DNA from: an uncultured Peptostreptococcaceae bacterium | GTDB lineage: Bacteria; Bacillota; Clostridia; Peptostreptococcales; Anaerovoracaceae | Direction: 5' to 3' | Length of the DNA: 64,000 nucleotides | Assembly (NCBI GenBank): GCA_905235115.1 | Contig: CAJOKT010000003.1 | Coordinates: 11,774-75,773 of the forward strand | Part shown: positions 19,392 through 28,866 of the stretch, piece after piece | How positions within the stretch are numbered: position 1 is the first letter of the stretch | Layout of the letters: every line of letters starts with the position of its first letter | Notes under the pieces: generated by a model | What the model was told of the DNA's origin: nothing | What the model saw: only the letters and a program-made list of their open reading frames with translations | Database searches by the model: none | Position numbers and translations under genes: made by a program

Positions 19392-21287
19392 ATGGCTAAT
19401 CTTTCAAAAGAACGTCGAGATCGCATGATTTCTAAGTTAGAGGAATTGAAGCAGTTACATAATGATGATGTTTCAATAGCCGCTTTAAATGAGATAGAGA
19501 ATGCTCTGCGTGAAAAAAAATATGGTTTGGTTTGGGAAGAACACTCTGAGGCTGTTGATGATATGTTGCGTGACAATATCCCTGTTCTTATAGCAGATCC
19601 TGAAAGAAGGCTGTGCAAGAACGAGAAATTGCCATGGAGTTTTATTATCGAGGGTGACAATCTTCAAGCACTTTATCTGTTGGAGAAAACCCATCGTGGC
19701 AAAGTGGACTGCATATATATTGACCCGCCATATAATACTGGTGCACGTGATTGGAAATATAACAATGATTATGTTGATGGCAATGACGATTATAGGCATA
19801 GTAAGTGGTTGTCTATGATGAAAAGTCGTTTATTAGTTGCAAAACGATTATTGAATCCCTACGATTCTGTTCTTATTTGTACAATTGATGAGAAAGAGTA
19901 TTTACATCTGGGTTGTTTGTTAGAAGAGTTGTTCCCAGAAGCAACCATGCAAATGATAAGCTCTAATATTCATCATGGAGGCTCAAATCGATTAGGAGAA
20001 TTCTCTAGAACAAATGAGTTTATCTTCTTTTTAAGATTTGGCACCGCAACTATAGTGAGAGAAGTATCAAATGAAAGTGAGCCGATTCCCTGGAGAGGTT
20101 TCTCTCGCGGTAATTGGAAGAGAAAAGATAGGCCGAATCTTTTCTATCCTATTTTCATTAATAAAGAAACTGATAAGATTGAAATAATAGGAGATTCGAT
20201 GCCCCTGGAACTGGACAGGCATTCAATATCAGATATTGATGGTTGTGAAACCATTTTTCCATTGACTAAAAACGGTGATGAGACTATTTGGTGTCTGTCC
20301 CCCGGATCAGCAAGAGAACTAAATGAAAAAGGCTATTTAAAAGTATCGGTAAAAAGATCGAAAAAAAGTATCAAGTATTCTTTGTCTTATCTTACGGAAG
20401 GAATAATAAATGATTTAAACTCTGGAAAAGCTATTATTGACGGAATAGATGCTAATGGGTACGTTATGGCTCATTATCCTAAGGGAAAAGAGATGATTCC
20501 TGCAACACAGTGGAATAGAGATTCGCATGATGCAACAGTCTATGGTTCCACAATTTTAAAATCAATGATTGGTGAACGTTTTAATTTCCCAAAATCGCTA
20601 TATGCAGTGCGTGACTGTATTAATTATTTTGTGGCTAATAAGCCCAATGCTATTATCGTGGATTTTTTTGCCGGATCAGGGACAACTCTACATGCCGTAA
20701 ATTTGCTTAATGCAGAAGATAAAGGGCAACGAAAGTGTGTTTTGGTTACAAATAATGAATTATCTGAAGAAGAACAAAAGTTGTTTAAAGAAAGGAATAT
20801 TTATCAAGGGGATAAAGAATGGGAAGAACATGGCATAGCTAAGTATGTTACTTGGCCACGTAGTATTTGTTCAATTGAAGGCCATGATGTACACGGAAAG
20901 CCACTAAAAGGCAATTATCTTGGCAGTAATCTGCCTATGGCAGATGGGTTCGATGCGAATGTAAAGTATTTTAAATGCGATTGGATTCCGCGAAAACCAG
21001 ATGACTATTTGCTTTCAAATATGCTCTGCTTACACATTAAAGAGCTTATAGAATTAAAGACCGCAAGGGAAATTGACAACAAGAAAAATGTACTTATTCT
21101 TAGCAAAAGTGATTTCAATAGAGTGTTTAATGATTCTGCGGTTTCAGAAGGTATTGAATGTGTTTGGGTAAATGAAAACATAGTTTTCAATTCAACCGAA
21201 TTGAGAAAACTTAGAGAAAAAAACTTCCGCTATATCCCAAGAGAGTTTTTCAGCCAAGAGCTAAAGGAGGTTGGGGAGTATGTTTAA
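19392..21287 (+). CDS. mod: Type III restriction-modification methyltransferase (Mod)
   Basis: KYGLVWEEH N-terminal box, motif IV IYIDPPYNTG, motif I VDFFAGSGTT near the C-terminus (beta-class order), and an 8-nt overlap with res. Confidence 0.8.
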   Translation: MANLSKERRDRMISKLEELKQLHNDDVSIAALNEIENALREKKYGLVWEEHSEAVDDMLRDNIPVLIADPERRLCKNEKLPWSFIIEGDNLQALYLLEKTHRGKVDCIYIDPPYNTGARDWKYNNDYVDGNDDYRHSKWLSMMKSRLLVAKRLLNPYDSVLICTIDEKEYLHLGCLLEELFPEATMQMISSNIHHGGSNRLGEFSRTNEFIFFLRFGTATIVREVSNESEPIPWRGFSRGNWKRKDRPNLFYPIFINKETDKIEIIGDSMPLELDRHSISDIDGCETIFPLTKNGDETIWCLSPGSARELNEKGYLKVSVKRSKKSIKYSLSYLTEGIINDLNSGKAIIDGIDANGYVMAHYPKGKEMIPATQWNRDSHDATVYGSTILKSMIGERFNFPKSLYAVRDCINYFVANKPNAIIVDFFAGSGTTLHAVNLLNAEDKGQRKCVLVTNNELSEEEQKLFKERNIYQGDKEWEEHGIAKYVTWPRSICSIEGHDVHGKPLKGNYLGSNLPMADGFDANVKYFKCDWIPRKPDDYLLSNMLCLHIKELIELKTAREIDNKKNVLILSKSDFNRVFNDSAVSEGIECVWVNENIVFNSTELRKLREKNFRYIPREFFSQELKEVGEYV

Positions 21288-23544
21288 TGGAACACTATTA
21301 CCATTTCAGGAATTGCATAAAAACAATCTTTTAAAGGCTTGCGCGGATAATACAAAACTTATTTTACAAGCACCAACAGGATCTGGAAAAACGGTTTTAG
21401 TAACAAAACTGATTGATGACTATCTAGAAGAAAATCCAGATACGGTCTTTATTTGGTTATGCCCAGGTGCAGGGGGGCTTCAGAATCAGTCAAGAAAAGT
21501 ATTTGAAGATTTTACAGCAGGAATTAATACGGGGGATTTATTTGGCTTTATTTCAAATTATCGTCCCTCGGGAGGCGTCTATTTCATAAATTGGGACAAA
21601 ATAAACAAATCAACAAATATTGTACTGAGGGATGGAGAAGACAAAAATCTTTTGGAAAAAATCATAGAATGTAGGACTGCATGCTTAGATTTTTTCATGA
21701 TTATTGATGAAGAACATCTTAATAAAAAAGCTGCAGAAATGTATGAGAATATATTTAAACCATCGCACATACTACGTATTTCTGCAACAACAAAGACAAC
21801 AGGGGGATATAAAGAAGTAATAAGCGATGATGAAGTAATAGCTGCAGGTCTAATTACATCAGGTATTTCTATTAATGAAGACCTAACAATGCAGGCTGCT
21901 TATAATGATAATTACGTGGATGATCTTCTTTTGCTTCAAATGGCAGATAGGAAGAGAAGAGAAATACAAGCAGAATATGATAAACGTAACCTTAATATAC
22001 GGCCTTTAGTTCTCATTCAATTTTCCAACGGCAGCGACGAATGGATTGCAAAAGTCAAAGCAGAATTGGCAAATATGGGCTATACGGAAAAAAACGGTCT
22101 CGTAACATCATGGTTTAGCGGAGATCACCCGAACAATCCAGAGGAGTTATCGAAACTAAACGGCAAATATGCCTTCCTGCTTTTTAAACAAGCAATTGCA
22201 ACAGGATGGGATTGCCCTCGAGCAAAGATTTTAGTAAAACTACGTGAAGGTACTACTGAAACTTTTGACATACAGACAATTGGAAGAATCAGGCGCATGC
22301 CGGAACGCCATCACTACGAGTCGGAATTACTTGACCACTGTTACGTTTATACGCTAGATGAAAAATTTAATGAGGGATTAACATCTAGTGTTAATGACTC
22401 TTTCTATATCAGTAGATATATGCGTAAGGATGATGCTCCGAGCTTTATATTAGAACATGAATATCTTGCAGAAAGTGATAAAGATGCTTTAGATGAGGAG
22501 GCAGTAGTAAAAGCAATTCGAGAAAAGTTGTTAATGGAGTGCGACTTAGATCAAAATGGATTCCTTTCCAAGAAGGAATTAGAACTTTCAAAAGGAATAA
22601 CGTTTGGCCTGAAACTAAAGACGAGGGCGGTCGAAGGATTTGCAAGGACCACCCATGATATCACAAAACTCAAGACCACCTTCTGCGGGGAGCACGAAAT
22701 AAACATTCACGATGATGGTCTGGTTATACGTGATGCAAAAAGAAGAATAGCTCAAGCAATTGGAATAGACGAAAAGATTTCAAGTAAAGCTTTATCTATT
22801 CTGTTTGATTCATCCAGGATGAAAGTTCCGTTTGGCGATGGCGGTCAAATTTCGCTTTTCTCAGATGAAGATCTGCAGATAGATAAGCAGTATAAAGTTA
22901 TAAAAGACATGGGCCATCGAGAGTATAGCGCATTTCTTGTAAATAACTGGGAAATACTAGCAGATTTGTTACGTGATATCGACAAAACGGGAATTGAACT
23001 GGTCGATATAAAGACTGATAAGTTGAAGTGGTCTATTCCCAAAATGCAAGATTATAAAAAGCATAATAAGAGTAGCGGTGGCACATTGCTCGAAAAGAAT
23101 GTATTTATGGGATATACCAATGACATTCTTGTTCAACCCAATAGATCTTTACCCGAGATAACCTTTGAAAACTGGTGCGAGATAAATGATGATGTCAAGT
23201 GGGTATACAAGAATGGGGATAAAGGACAAGACTTCTTCTCCATTGTATACAGGGTTACTTTTAGGAGATATAATTTTTACCCCGACTACATCATCCAACT
23301 TAAAAATGGCGATAAATGGATCATCGAGACTAAAGGTGGTGCTGGAGCTGATGGCTCATCGCAGAATATTGATAAATATGCAGCCCAGAAGTTTGACGCT
23401 TTAAAGGAATATGGGCAACAGCATCCCGATATTAAATGGGGTTTTGTTCGTAATATAGGAGCAAAACTATTGATATCAACTACAGAATGGGACGAGAACT
23501 TGCTTAACGATAACGTATGGAAACCAATCGCAGAAGTCATGTAA
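21280..23544 (+). CDS. res: Type III restriction enzyme Res subunit (SF2 helicase plus C-terminal PD-(D/E)xK nuclease)
   Basis: ATG 21280 follows an AAGGAGG SD. Walker A is QAPTGSGKT and motif II is IIDEEH. The C-terminal FYPDYII...WIIETKGG is a PD...ExK motif. Confidence 0.8.
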   Translation: MFNGTLLPFQELHKNNLLKACADNTKLILQAPTGSGKTVLVTKLIDDYLEENPDTVFIWLCPGAGGLQNQSRKVFEDFTAGINTGDLFGFISNYRPSGGVYFINWDKINKSTNIVLRDGEDKNLLEKIIECRTACLDFFMIIDEEHLNKKAAEMYENIFKPSHILRISATTKTTGGYKEVISDDEVIAAGLITSGISINEDLTMQAAYNDNYVDDLLLLQMADRKRREIQAEYDKRNLNIRPLVLIQFSNGSDEWIAKVKAELANMGYTEKNGLVTSWFSGDHPNNPEELSKLNGKYAFLLFKQAIATGWDCPRAKILVKLREGTTETFDIQTIGRIRRMPERHHYESELLDHCYVYTLDEKFNEGLTSSVNDSFYISRYMRKDDAPSFILEHEYLAESDKDALDEEAVVKAIREKLLMECDLDQNGFLSKKELELSKGITFGLKLKTRAVEGFARTTHDITKLKTTFCGEHEINIHDDGLVIRDAKRRIAQAIGIDEKISSKALSILFDSSRMKVPFGDGGQISLFSDEDLQIDKQYKVIKDMGHREYSAFLVNNWEILADLLRDIDKTGIELVDIKTDKLKWSIPKMQDYKKHNKSSGGTLLEKNVFMGYTNDILVQPNRSLPEITFENWCEINDDVKWVYKNGDKGQDFFSIVYRVTFRRYNFYPDYIIQLKNGDKWIIETKGGAGADGSSQNIDKYAAQKFDALKEYGQQHPDIKWGFVRNIGAKLLISTTEWDENLLNDNVWKPIAEVM

Positions 23545-23589
23545 GTATTGGCCTGTTATCTCTATAAGTATTATATAGTTTGATCATTA

Positions 23590-25350
23590 ATGAAACCAAA
23601 GAAGTATTTAATCGAGTATCCTGATCTATTGAAAGAGTGGGATTATGAAAAAAATGAAGAAATGGGCCTAAAACCAGACAAAGTTTCTATTGGAAGCAAC
23701 AAGATAGTCTGGTGGCTATGTCCGTTAGGTCATAGTTATGATATGAGACTGGCAACACGAAAGCGTGGTTCTGGTTGCCCATATTGTTCTGGTCGACGAG
23801 TGCTAAAAGGTTTTAATGATTTAGCTACCAAGGTTCCACAAGCGCTGAAATATTGGGATTACAATAAGAATGCCATTAGCCCAGAAGAGGTGTCACCAGG
23901 ATCAAACGAGGTGGCATGGTGGAAGTGCAATAACGGACATAGTTATGACATGACTATACACAAGAGAGTATCCAGAAACCTCGGCAGTTGTCCTATATGT
24001 TCCGGACATAAAACGGTATCAGGAATTAATGATTTTGCAACACTCTATCCCGAAATAGCTAAAGAATGGCATCCTACTAAAAATGGGGACGTTACGCCTA
24101 ACACTATTTCAAAGAAGAACGGCAACAAATATTGGTGGCAATGTAAGTATGGCCACGAATGGCAAGCAACGCCGCATGACAGGGCTGAAGGAACGGGTTG
24201 TCCTGAGTGCTTCAGGAGGTTCCAAACTTCCTTTTTCGAGCAGGCCATTTATTACTATGTAAAACAACTGTATCCAAACACAAAAAACCGGTACAAAGAT
24301 ATATTTGATAACGGAATGGAACTTGATGTTTACGTCCCTGATATCAAGCTTGGAATAGAATTTGATGGCATAAACTGGCATCAAGCAGAAGACAATAAAA
24401 GACGTGACAAGGAGAAGTTTAGAATTTGTTCTGAAAAGGGCATAAAGCTGATTCGAATTATTGAAACAAAAGAACGAGACTGGGATAATTCGACTGCCAC
24501 GTACCATATACGAAAGAAGAATAAAGAGGATCTTCAGGGTGCTGTCCAAGATATTCTGAATAGGATAGATCCGGAATCCAATATGTGGACTAGAAAGAAT
24601 CCACTGCAGCACTACAGTAGGATTATTGTTGACATTGAACGAGATGAAATAGACATAAGGTCATCATATATGAGTGTCATTCCGAATTCTTTGGTTGATT
24701 TCCGGCCTGATTTACTAGAAGACTGGAATTATGAAAGAAACGGTAAACTAAAGCCCGAGATGTTCGGTATTAATTCAAACGATCGCGTTTGGTGGAAGTG
24801 CCATAAATGCGGGCATGAATGGCAAACTACCGTAATACATAGAGGTGGTAAACGAAACAGCGGTTGTCCCGAATGTTCTAAAGAAAAAAAGGGCAAAACG
24901 TTTACTGCAAAACGGGTCTCCGAAAGAGGATCACTGGCAGATAAAAATCCTGAACTGGCTAAACAGTGGCATCCAACCAAAAACGGTGATTTAAAACCAA
25001 CTGATATTACAGAAAAAAGATTCAAGCCCGTATGGTGGCTTTGCCCGGTATGTGGTCATGAGTGGGAAGCATCACCTAACAGTAGAACGCAGGGAATAGG
25101 ATGCCCATGCTGCAGCGGAAGGGTTCCAAGGGTTGGCGTAAATGATCTGAAGACACTATTTCCAGACATAGCAAAAGAATGGAACTATGAAAAGAATGGC
25201 GATGTAAAACCTGAAGATCGTCTGCCTGGCAGCGGAAAGAAAGCATGGTGGAGATGTTCGGTTTGTGGTTGCGAGTGGGAAGCTATCATTAAGAATAGGA
25301 CAAAAGGAAGCGGATGCCCAAATTGGAGACATCATTTTAGAAAGAGTTAA
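23590..25350 (+). CDS. Multi-zinc-ribbon protein with a central Vsr/DUF559-like endonuclease domain
   Basis: Six copies of the pattern WW.C..GH.W......R..G.GCP.C, three on each side of the block MELDVYVPDIKLGIEFDGINWH...RRDKEKF...GIKLIRI. The start codon is uncertain because there is no clear SD. Confidence 0.7.
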   Translation: MKPKKYLIEYPDLLKEWDYEKNEEMGLKPDKVSIGSNKIVWWLCPLGHSYDMRLATRKRGSGCPYCSGRRVLKGFNDLATKVPQALKYWDYNKNAISPEEVSPGSNEVAWWKCNNGHSYDMTIHKRVSRNLGSCPICSGHKTVSGINDFATLYPEIAKEWHPTKNGDVTPNTISKKNGNKYWWQCKYGHEWQATPHDRAEGTGCPECFRRFQTSFFEQAIYYYVKQLYPNTKNRYKDIFDNGMELDVYVPDIKLGIEFDGINWHQAEDNKRRDKEKFRICSEKGIKLIRIIETKERDWDNSTATYHIRKKNKEDLQGAVQDILNRIDPESNMWTRKNPLQHYSRIIVDIERDEIDIRSSYMSVIPNSLVDFRPDLLEDWNYERNGKLKPEMFGINSNDRVWWKCHKCGHEWQTTVIHRGGKRNSGCPECSKEKKGKTFTAKRVSERGSLADKNPELAKQWHPTKNGDLKPTDITEKRFKPVWWLCPVCGHEWEASPNSRTQGIGCPCCSGRVPRVGVNDLKTLFPDIAKEWNYEKNGDVKPEDRLPGSGKKAWWRCSVCGCEWEAIIKNRTKGSGCPNWRHHFRKS

Positions 25351-25369
25351 TCATAAGGAAGGAAAGAAA

Positions 25370-25651
25370 ATGAAACTTGATTTTCCCGTAACAGTTTGTC
25401 TTGGTGGAGGAGATGGAGGGGACGTTTCCGTAAGGATTGACGTTACAAAAGAGGAGTTCGATTTACTTGTTGAAGCATGTGAAGATGGAGACGAGATAAA
25501 TGAATGCGAGTCATTGAGTGACTTGTATGACAGAATAGTCTCTGCTGCAGATGAAGAGTGTGATTGGGATTATGGCGGCGATGAATCAGACTTAGATGAA
25601 GCCACGTATCTTGTATCATATCCTGAGAAAGTAGCCGATGCTGTTTTATAG
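25370..25651 (+). CDS. Small, highly acidic protein (93 aa)
   Basis: ATG 25370 follows an AAGGAAGG SD. By my count about 28 of 93 residues are Asp/Glu and about 5 are basic. Confidence 0.55.
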   Translation: MKLDFPVTVCLGGGDGGDVSVRIDVTKEEFDLLVEACEDGDEINECESLSDLYDRIVSAADEECDWDYGGDESDLDEATYLVSYPEKVADAVL

Positions 25652-25693
25652 GAGTAAAAACTACATTCTAACATATGGAATGGAGAGGTTAGC

Positions 25694-26818
25694 ATGATAT
25701 ATAAGTACATCTATGATATTGATCGAGTCGAAAGTATTATAGACTTATTTTTGGAATACGTTTCAAAACAGCCTCGGCAGATAGGAAAGAAGGTTTCGTT
25801 CTCATCTGGATATTTGCATTATATGGAAGGCTATAAGCCTGCCGTCTATGTAAAAACGGCTGATATCTTAGAGATTAAAAAATGGGATAAAAGAACATCC
25901 CCCGAAGACATTGTTGCACGAGCAATCAAAGCAATTAAGTTAAGCGAGAATAATCTTGTAGACTGGAGGGAAAAGTCTCGTTTTGAAGAAAGGTTGCTGG
26001 AGGACACAACAACTGGAGGAAACTTACTTCAGAGGTTGTTTTGCACTGAAAACGATGATCAGACTGCAGAGGACCTTGCTGGATTTTTTGGGCGAAGGTA
26101 TGACATGATAGCCTATTTGTTTTTTATTAAAGATCCGGACCGATATTATCCATGCAGGCCTACTGTGTTTAAAAAGGCGTTCGATGATCTTGGAGTGGAC
26201 TCAACTTGTTTTGGACGATTTACCTATGATAAGTACGTACAGTACAACGACACACTAAGGGAACTTGCAAACCTGTATTCTTCGTACAGGGACCATATCA
26301 GTGTTTTGGATGCTCATTCTTTTGCCTGGATAGTCGGGAAATATAAAGATGTGAGGAATTACATCTTTGAATGTGATGAAGAAGAGACAACAGTTAAAGA
26401 CCAAACCGGGAAAAAAGAAAAGCTGGCTGTAGTCAAGACAAGGGTGAATCAAAGTGAGTTCCGGAGAAAAGTAGTTGAATACTGGGGAGAAGAGTGTTCG
26501 GTTACGGGGTGTAAACAGACCGATCTTTTGGTAGCATCACATATAAAACCATGGAGGGATTGTACGCTTAATAGCGAAAGCTCAAACAAGTTTAATGGCT
26601 TGCTGCTTACACCAAATCTGGATGCACTATTTGACGCAGGATACATTTCGTTTAAAGATGACGGAACAATCCTGATTTCCGAAAGGTTGTCTGATTCCAC
26701 AATAAAGATCTTTGGGCTGTCTAATGACATGAAACTTCGCTGGATTGAGGATACGCACAAAGGATTCCTCCAGTATCACAGGGAGAATATCTTCAGGCAG
26801 TTAATTACGAGCAAATAA
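25694..26818 (+). CDS. HNH endonuclease (HNH_2-type C-terminal domain) with an uncharacterised ~240-aa N-terminal domain
   Basis: C-terminal segment FRRKVVEYWGEECSVTGC...LLVASHIKPW...NGLLLTPNLDALFDAGYISF. Confidence 0.8.
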   Translation: MIYKYIYDIDRVESIIDLFLEYVSKQPRQIGKKVSFSSGYLHYMEGYKPAVYVKTADILEIKKWDKRTSPEDIVARAIKAIKLSENNLVDWREKSRFEERLLEDTTTGGNLLQRLFCTENDDQTAEDLAGFFGRRYDMIAYLFFIKDPDRYYPCRPTVFKKAFDDLGVDSTCFGRFTYDKYVQYNDTLRELANLYSSYRDHISVLDAHSFAWIVGKYKDVRNYIFECDEEETTVKDQTGKKEKLAVVKTRVNQSEFRRKVVEYWGEECSVTGCKQTDLLVASHIKPWRDCTLNSESSNKFNGLLLTPNLDALFDAGYISFKDDGTILISERLSDSTIKIFGLSNDMKLRWIEDTHKGFLQYHRENIFRQLITSK

Positions 26819-26831
26819 CACAGGCATTATC

Positions 26832-27839
26832 ATGAAAGACCAAGAAGCTAACACAACTAAACGCCCGCCCAAGGCACCAAACTCCGAGAAAACTCGCCTT
26901 CTAGTTCTTTACAAGTTCTTCTACGAGAATACCGATGAGGACCATCAGGTAACATATGATGATATTTTCCAATATCTTAAGGAGCATGATGTTCTTGCCA
27001 ATCACATGACCGTCCGCGACGATATCCGACTATTGATGGACCTGGGTTACGATATAGTGCGTGTTCCAAGCAGACCGGTCAAATATTTTATGGGGCAGCG
27101 TGAAATGGAGGCTGCCGAAGTCAAGCTTCTTATAGATGCAGTTTCATCATCGCGTTTCATCACGTCCAAGAAGAGCCGCGATCTCGCCAAGAAGCTGGGT
27201 AACCTTACAAGCCAGTATCAGCGCAAGGAACTCAAGAGGAACATCTATGCCACTCACCGTGCCAAGACAGACAACGAAGAAATCTACTACACGGTTGACG
27301 TGGTGAATACGGCGATCAACTCCAAGAAAAAGATTTCCTTCCAGTACACAGAGTACACGCCTAAAGAAGGCAAGGTGCTGCGTAACGACGGTGAAGTCTA
27401 TGAGCTGAGCCCATACGCCCTTTTTTGGAATGAGGACTACTATTATGTGGTCGGCTGGTCTGATAAGCATCAGAATGTATCTGTTTTCAGGACAGACAGG
27501 TTATATAAGCCGCAGGTACTGAAAGAGAAAGCAGTCAAGAAACCAGATGACTTCAGTCTGGACGCATACTCCAAGAGGATCTTTGAGATGTATGACGGAG
27601 ATCCCGTGGAAGTCAGGCTGAAATGCAAGAACGAACTCATGAAGTATATTGTGGATCGGTTCGGGCCGGATTTCGAAATGAAACCTGCAGCCAAGGACAG
27701 CTTTATCGCTACCGTGGAAGTATCGCTGAGCCCAACGTTTTACGCCTGGGTATTCACCTTCGGCGGGGGAATAAGGATAATGACCCCGAAGAAGGCCGTT
27801 ACTGAGTTCAGAGATATGGCGAAAGCGGTGCTGGAGTAG
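26832..27839 (+). CDS. WYL-domain transcriptional regulator (wHTH plus WYL plus C-terminal extension)
   Basis: N-terminal HTH segment, then ISFQYTEYT...YELSPYALFWNEDYYYVVGW...FRTDRL, the canonical WYL-domain pattern. Confidence 0.85.
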   Translation: MKDQEANTTKRPPKAPNSEKTRLLVLYKFFYENTDEDHQVTYDDIFQYLKEHDVLANHMTVRDDIRLLMDLGYDIVRVPSRPVKYFMGQREMEAAEVKLLIDAVSSSRFITSKKSRDLAKKLGNLTSQYQRKELKRNIYATHRAKTDNEEIYYTVDVVNTAINSKKKISFQYTEYTPKEGKVLRNDGEVYELSPYALFWNEDYYYVVGWSDKHQNVSVFRTDRLYKPQVLKEKAVKKPDDFSLDAYSKRIFEMYDGDPVEVRLKCKNELMKYIVDRFGPDFEMKPAAKDSFIATVEVSLSPTFYAWVFTFGGGIRIMTPKKAVTEFRDMAKAVLE

Positions 27840-27853
27840 AGAAAGGAGACAAT

Positions 27854-28564
27854 ATGTTAAAAAAGTTTGAACCATTTGAAAGCGTGGACATTAAGGCTTT
27901 TGAAAGATTCAATCGGGATTTGAGAACAATCCTTGAAAAAATGGATGCCGGCGAGATAAACCTTAAAGGACGGCATGCAAAGGAGGAATTCCAATCTTTA
28001 ATAGAGTCTTTTGTTACAGGACAAAGAGGGTCGTTAGGAAGAACAAAAGAAGGAAGTTGGTCTATTGTACCTAACGATGAAGGGATGGATTCCGATAACA
28101 GAGTAGACTATATCTTTATACCTACATATTTGGTCACTGCAATCTTGTCAAGGACACTGTGCGATTTTCCATTGATTGCTATTTCCATTCCTGGCTTCGG
28201 GGAAGCTCTAAAAAAGGGGATGCTCTTCTGCTCGTATCGAAATTTACATGGACATGGGTTTGAAAGCGATATAGGTGCAGCAGAGGCCTTGACTATATTA
28301 TCTATGGGGAAAATACCATGGCTTTTAGAGAAAGATCCAGCATTTTGTCCAGACCTATATAAGGCAATCAAAACAGTCAGTAGAGATATGGAAAGGCGTT
28401 TATCTTTGGGCACGGCTGTTGGACCTTGGGGAGAAAACCTGCAGGATATTTTCAGCTCCTCTTTAGAGACATTATATGTGAAAAATGATATAGAGATGTA
28501 TGAGACTATACAGCATACCAACAAAGACTCCGAACTAGTTGGAAAGGAGGCTTTATTATGGTAA
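27854..28564 (+). CDS. Unknown 236-aa protein in the antitoxin position of a YoeB-like toxin
   Basis: AAAGGAGA SD. The stop TAA (28562..28564) overlaps the toxin ATG (28558) as ATGGTAA. I recognise no known motif. Confidence 0.6.
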   Translation: MLKKFEPFESVDIKAFERFNRDLRTILEKMDAGEINLKGRHAKEEFQSLIESFVTGQRGSLGRTKEGSWSIVPNDEGMDSDNRVDYIFIPTYLVTAILSRTLCDFPLIAISIPGFGEALKKGMLFCSYRNLHGHGFESDIGAAEALTILSMGKIPWLLEKDPAFCPDLYKAIKTVSRDMERRLSLGTAVGPWGENLQDIFSSSLETLYVKNDIEMYETIQHTNKDSELVGKEALLW

Positions 28565-28827
28565 GGTGGCAGGTCGTATTTACAAAGAAGGCACAACGAG
28601 ACTCGGAATTACTCAAAGCAGCAAAGTTGGATAATAAAGCAAAGAGAATAATCAATGAATTAGAGGAAGATCCATACAGAATTCCTCCGCCCTTTGAAAA
28701 GTTAAAAGCTGATTTAAGCGGAAAGTTTTCACGTAGAATTAACATTAAGCATAGAATTGTATATGAAATAATACCAGGTGACAATACAGTTCTTGTTTAT
28801 GGTATGTTCTCACATTATGGAGAATAA
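28558..28827 (+). CDS. yoeB: Txe/YoeB-family toxin (RelE superfamily mRNA interferase)
   Basis: LSGKFSRRINIKHRIVYEI...VLVYGMFSHYGE aligns with E. coli YoeB LSGFWSRRITEEHRLVYAV...RYHY, including the catalytic-position Glu, Arg and His-Tyr. Confidence 0.8.
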   Translation: MVRWQVVFTKKAQRDSELLKAAKLDNKAKRIINELEEDPYRIPPPFEKLKADLSGKFSRRINIKHRIVYEIIPGDNTVLVYGMFSHYGE

Positions 28828-28866
28828 CCCAATAACTCAGAGCAGGCGACTTTTATAACCGAAAGC

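Noticed and set aside
19513-19520. A8 homopolymer (and nearby A7/T7 runs) in mod as a phase-variation switch
   Set aside because: The tracts are short relative to known phasevarion repeats and are expected in AT-rich DNA. Without population data this is not supportable.
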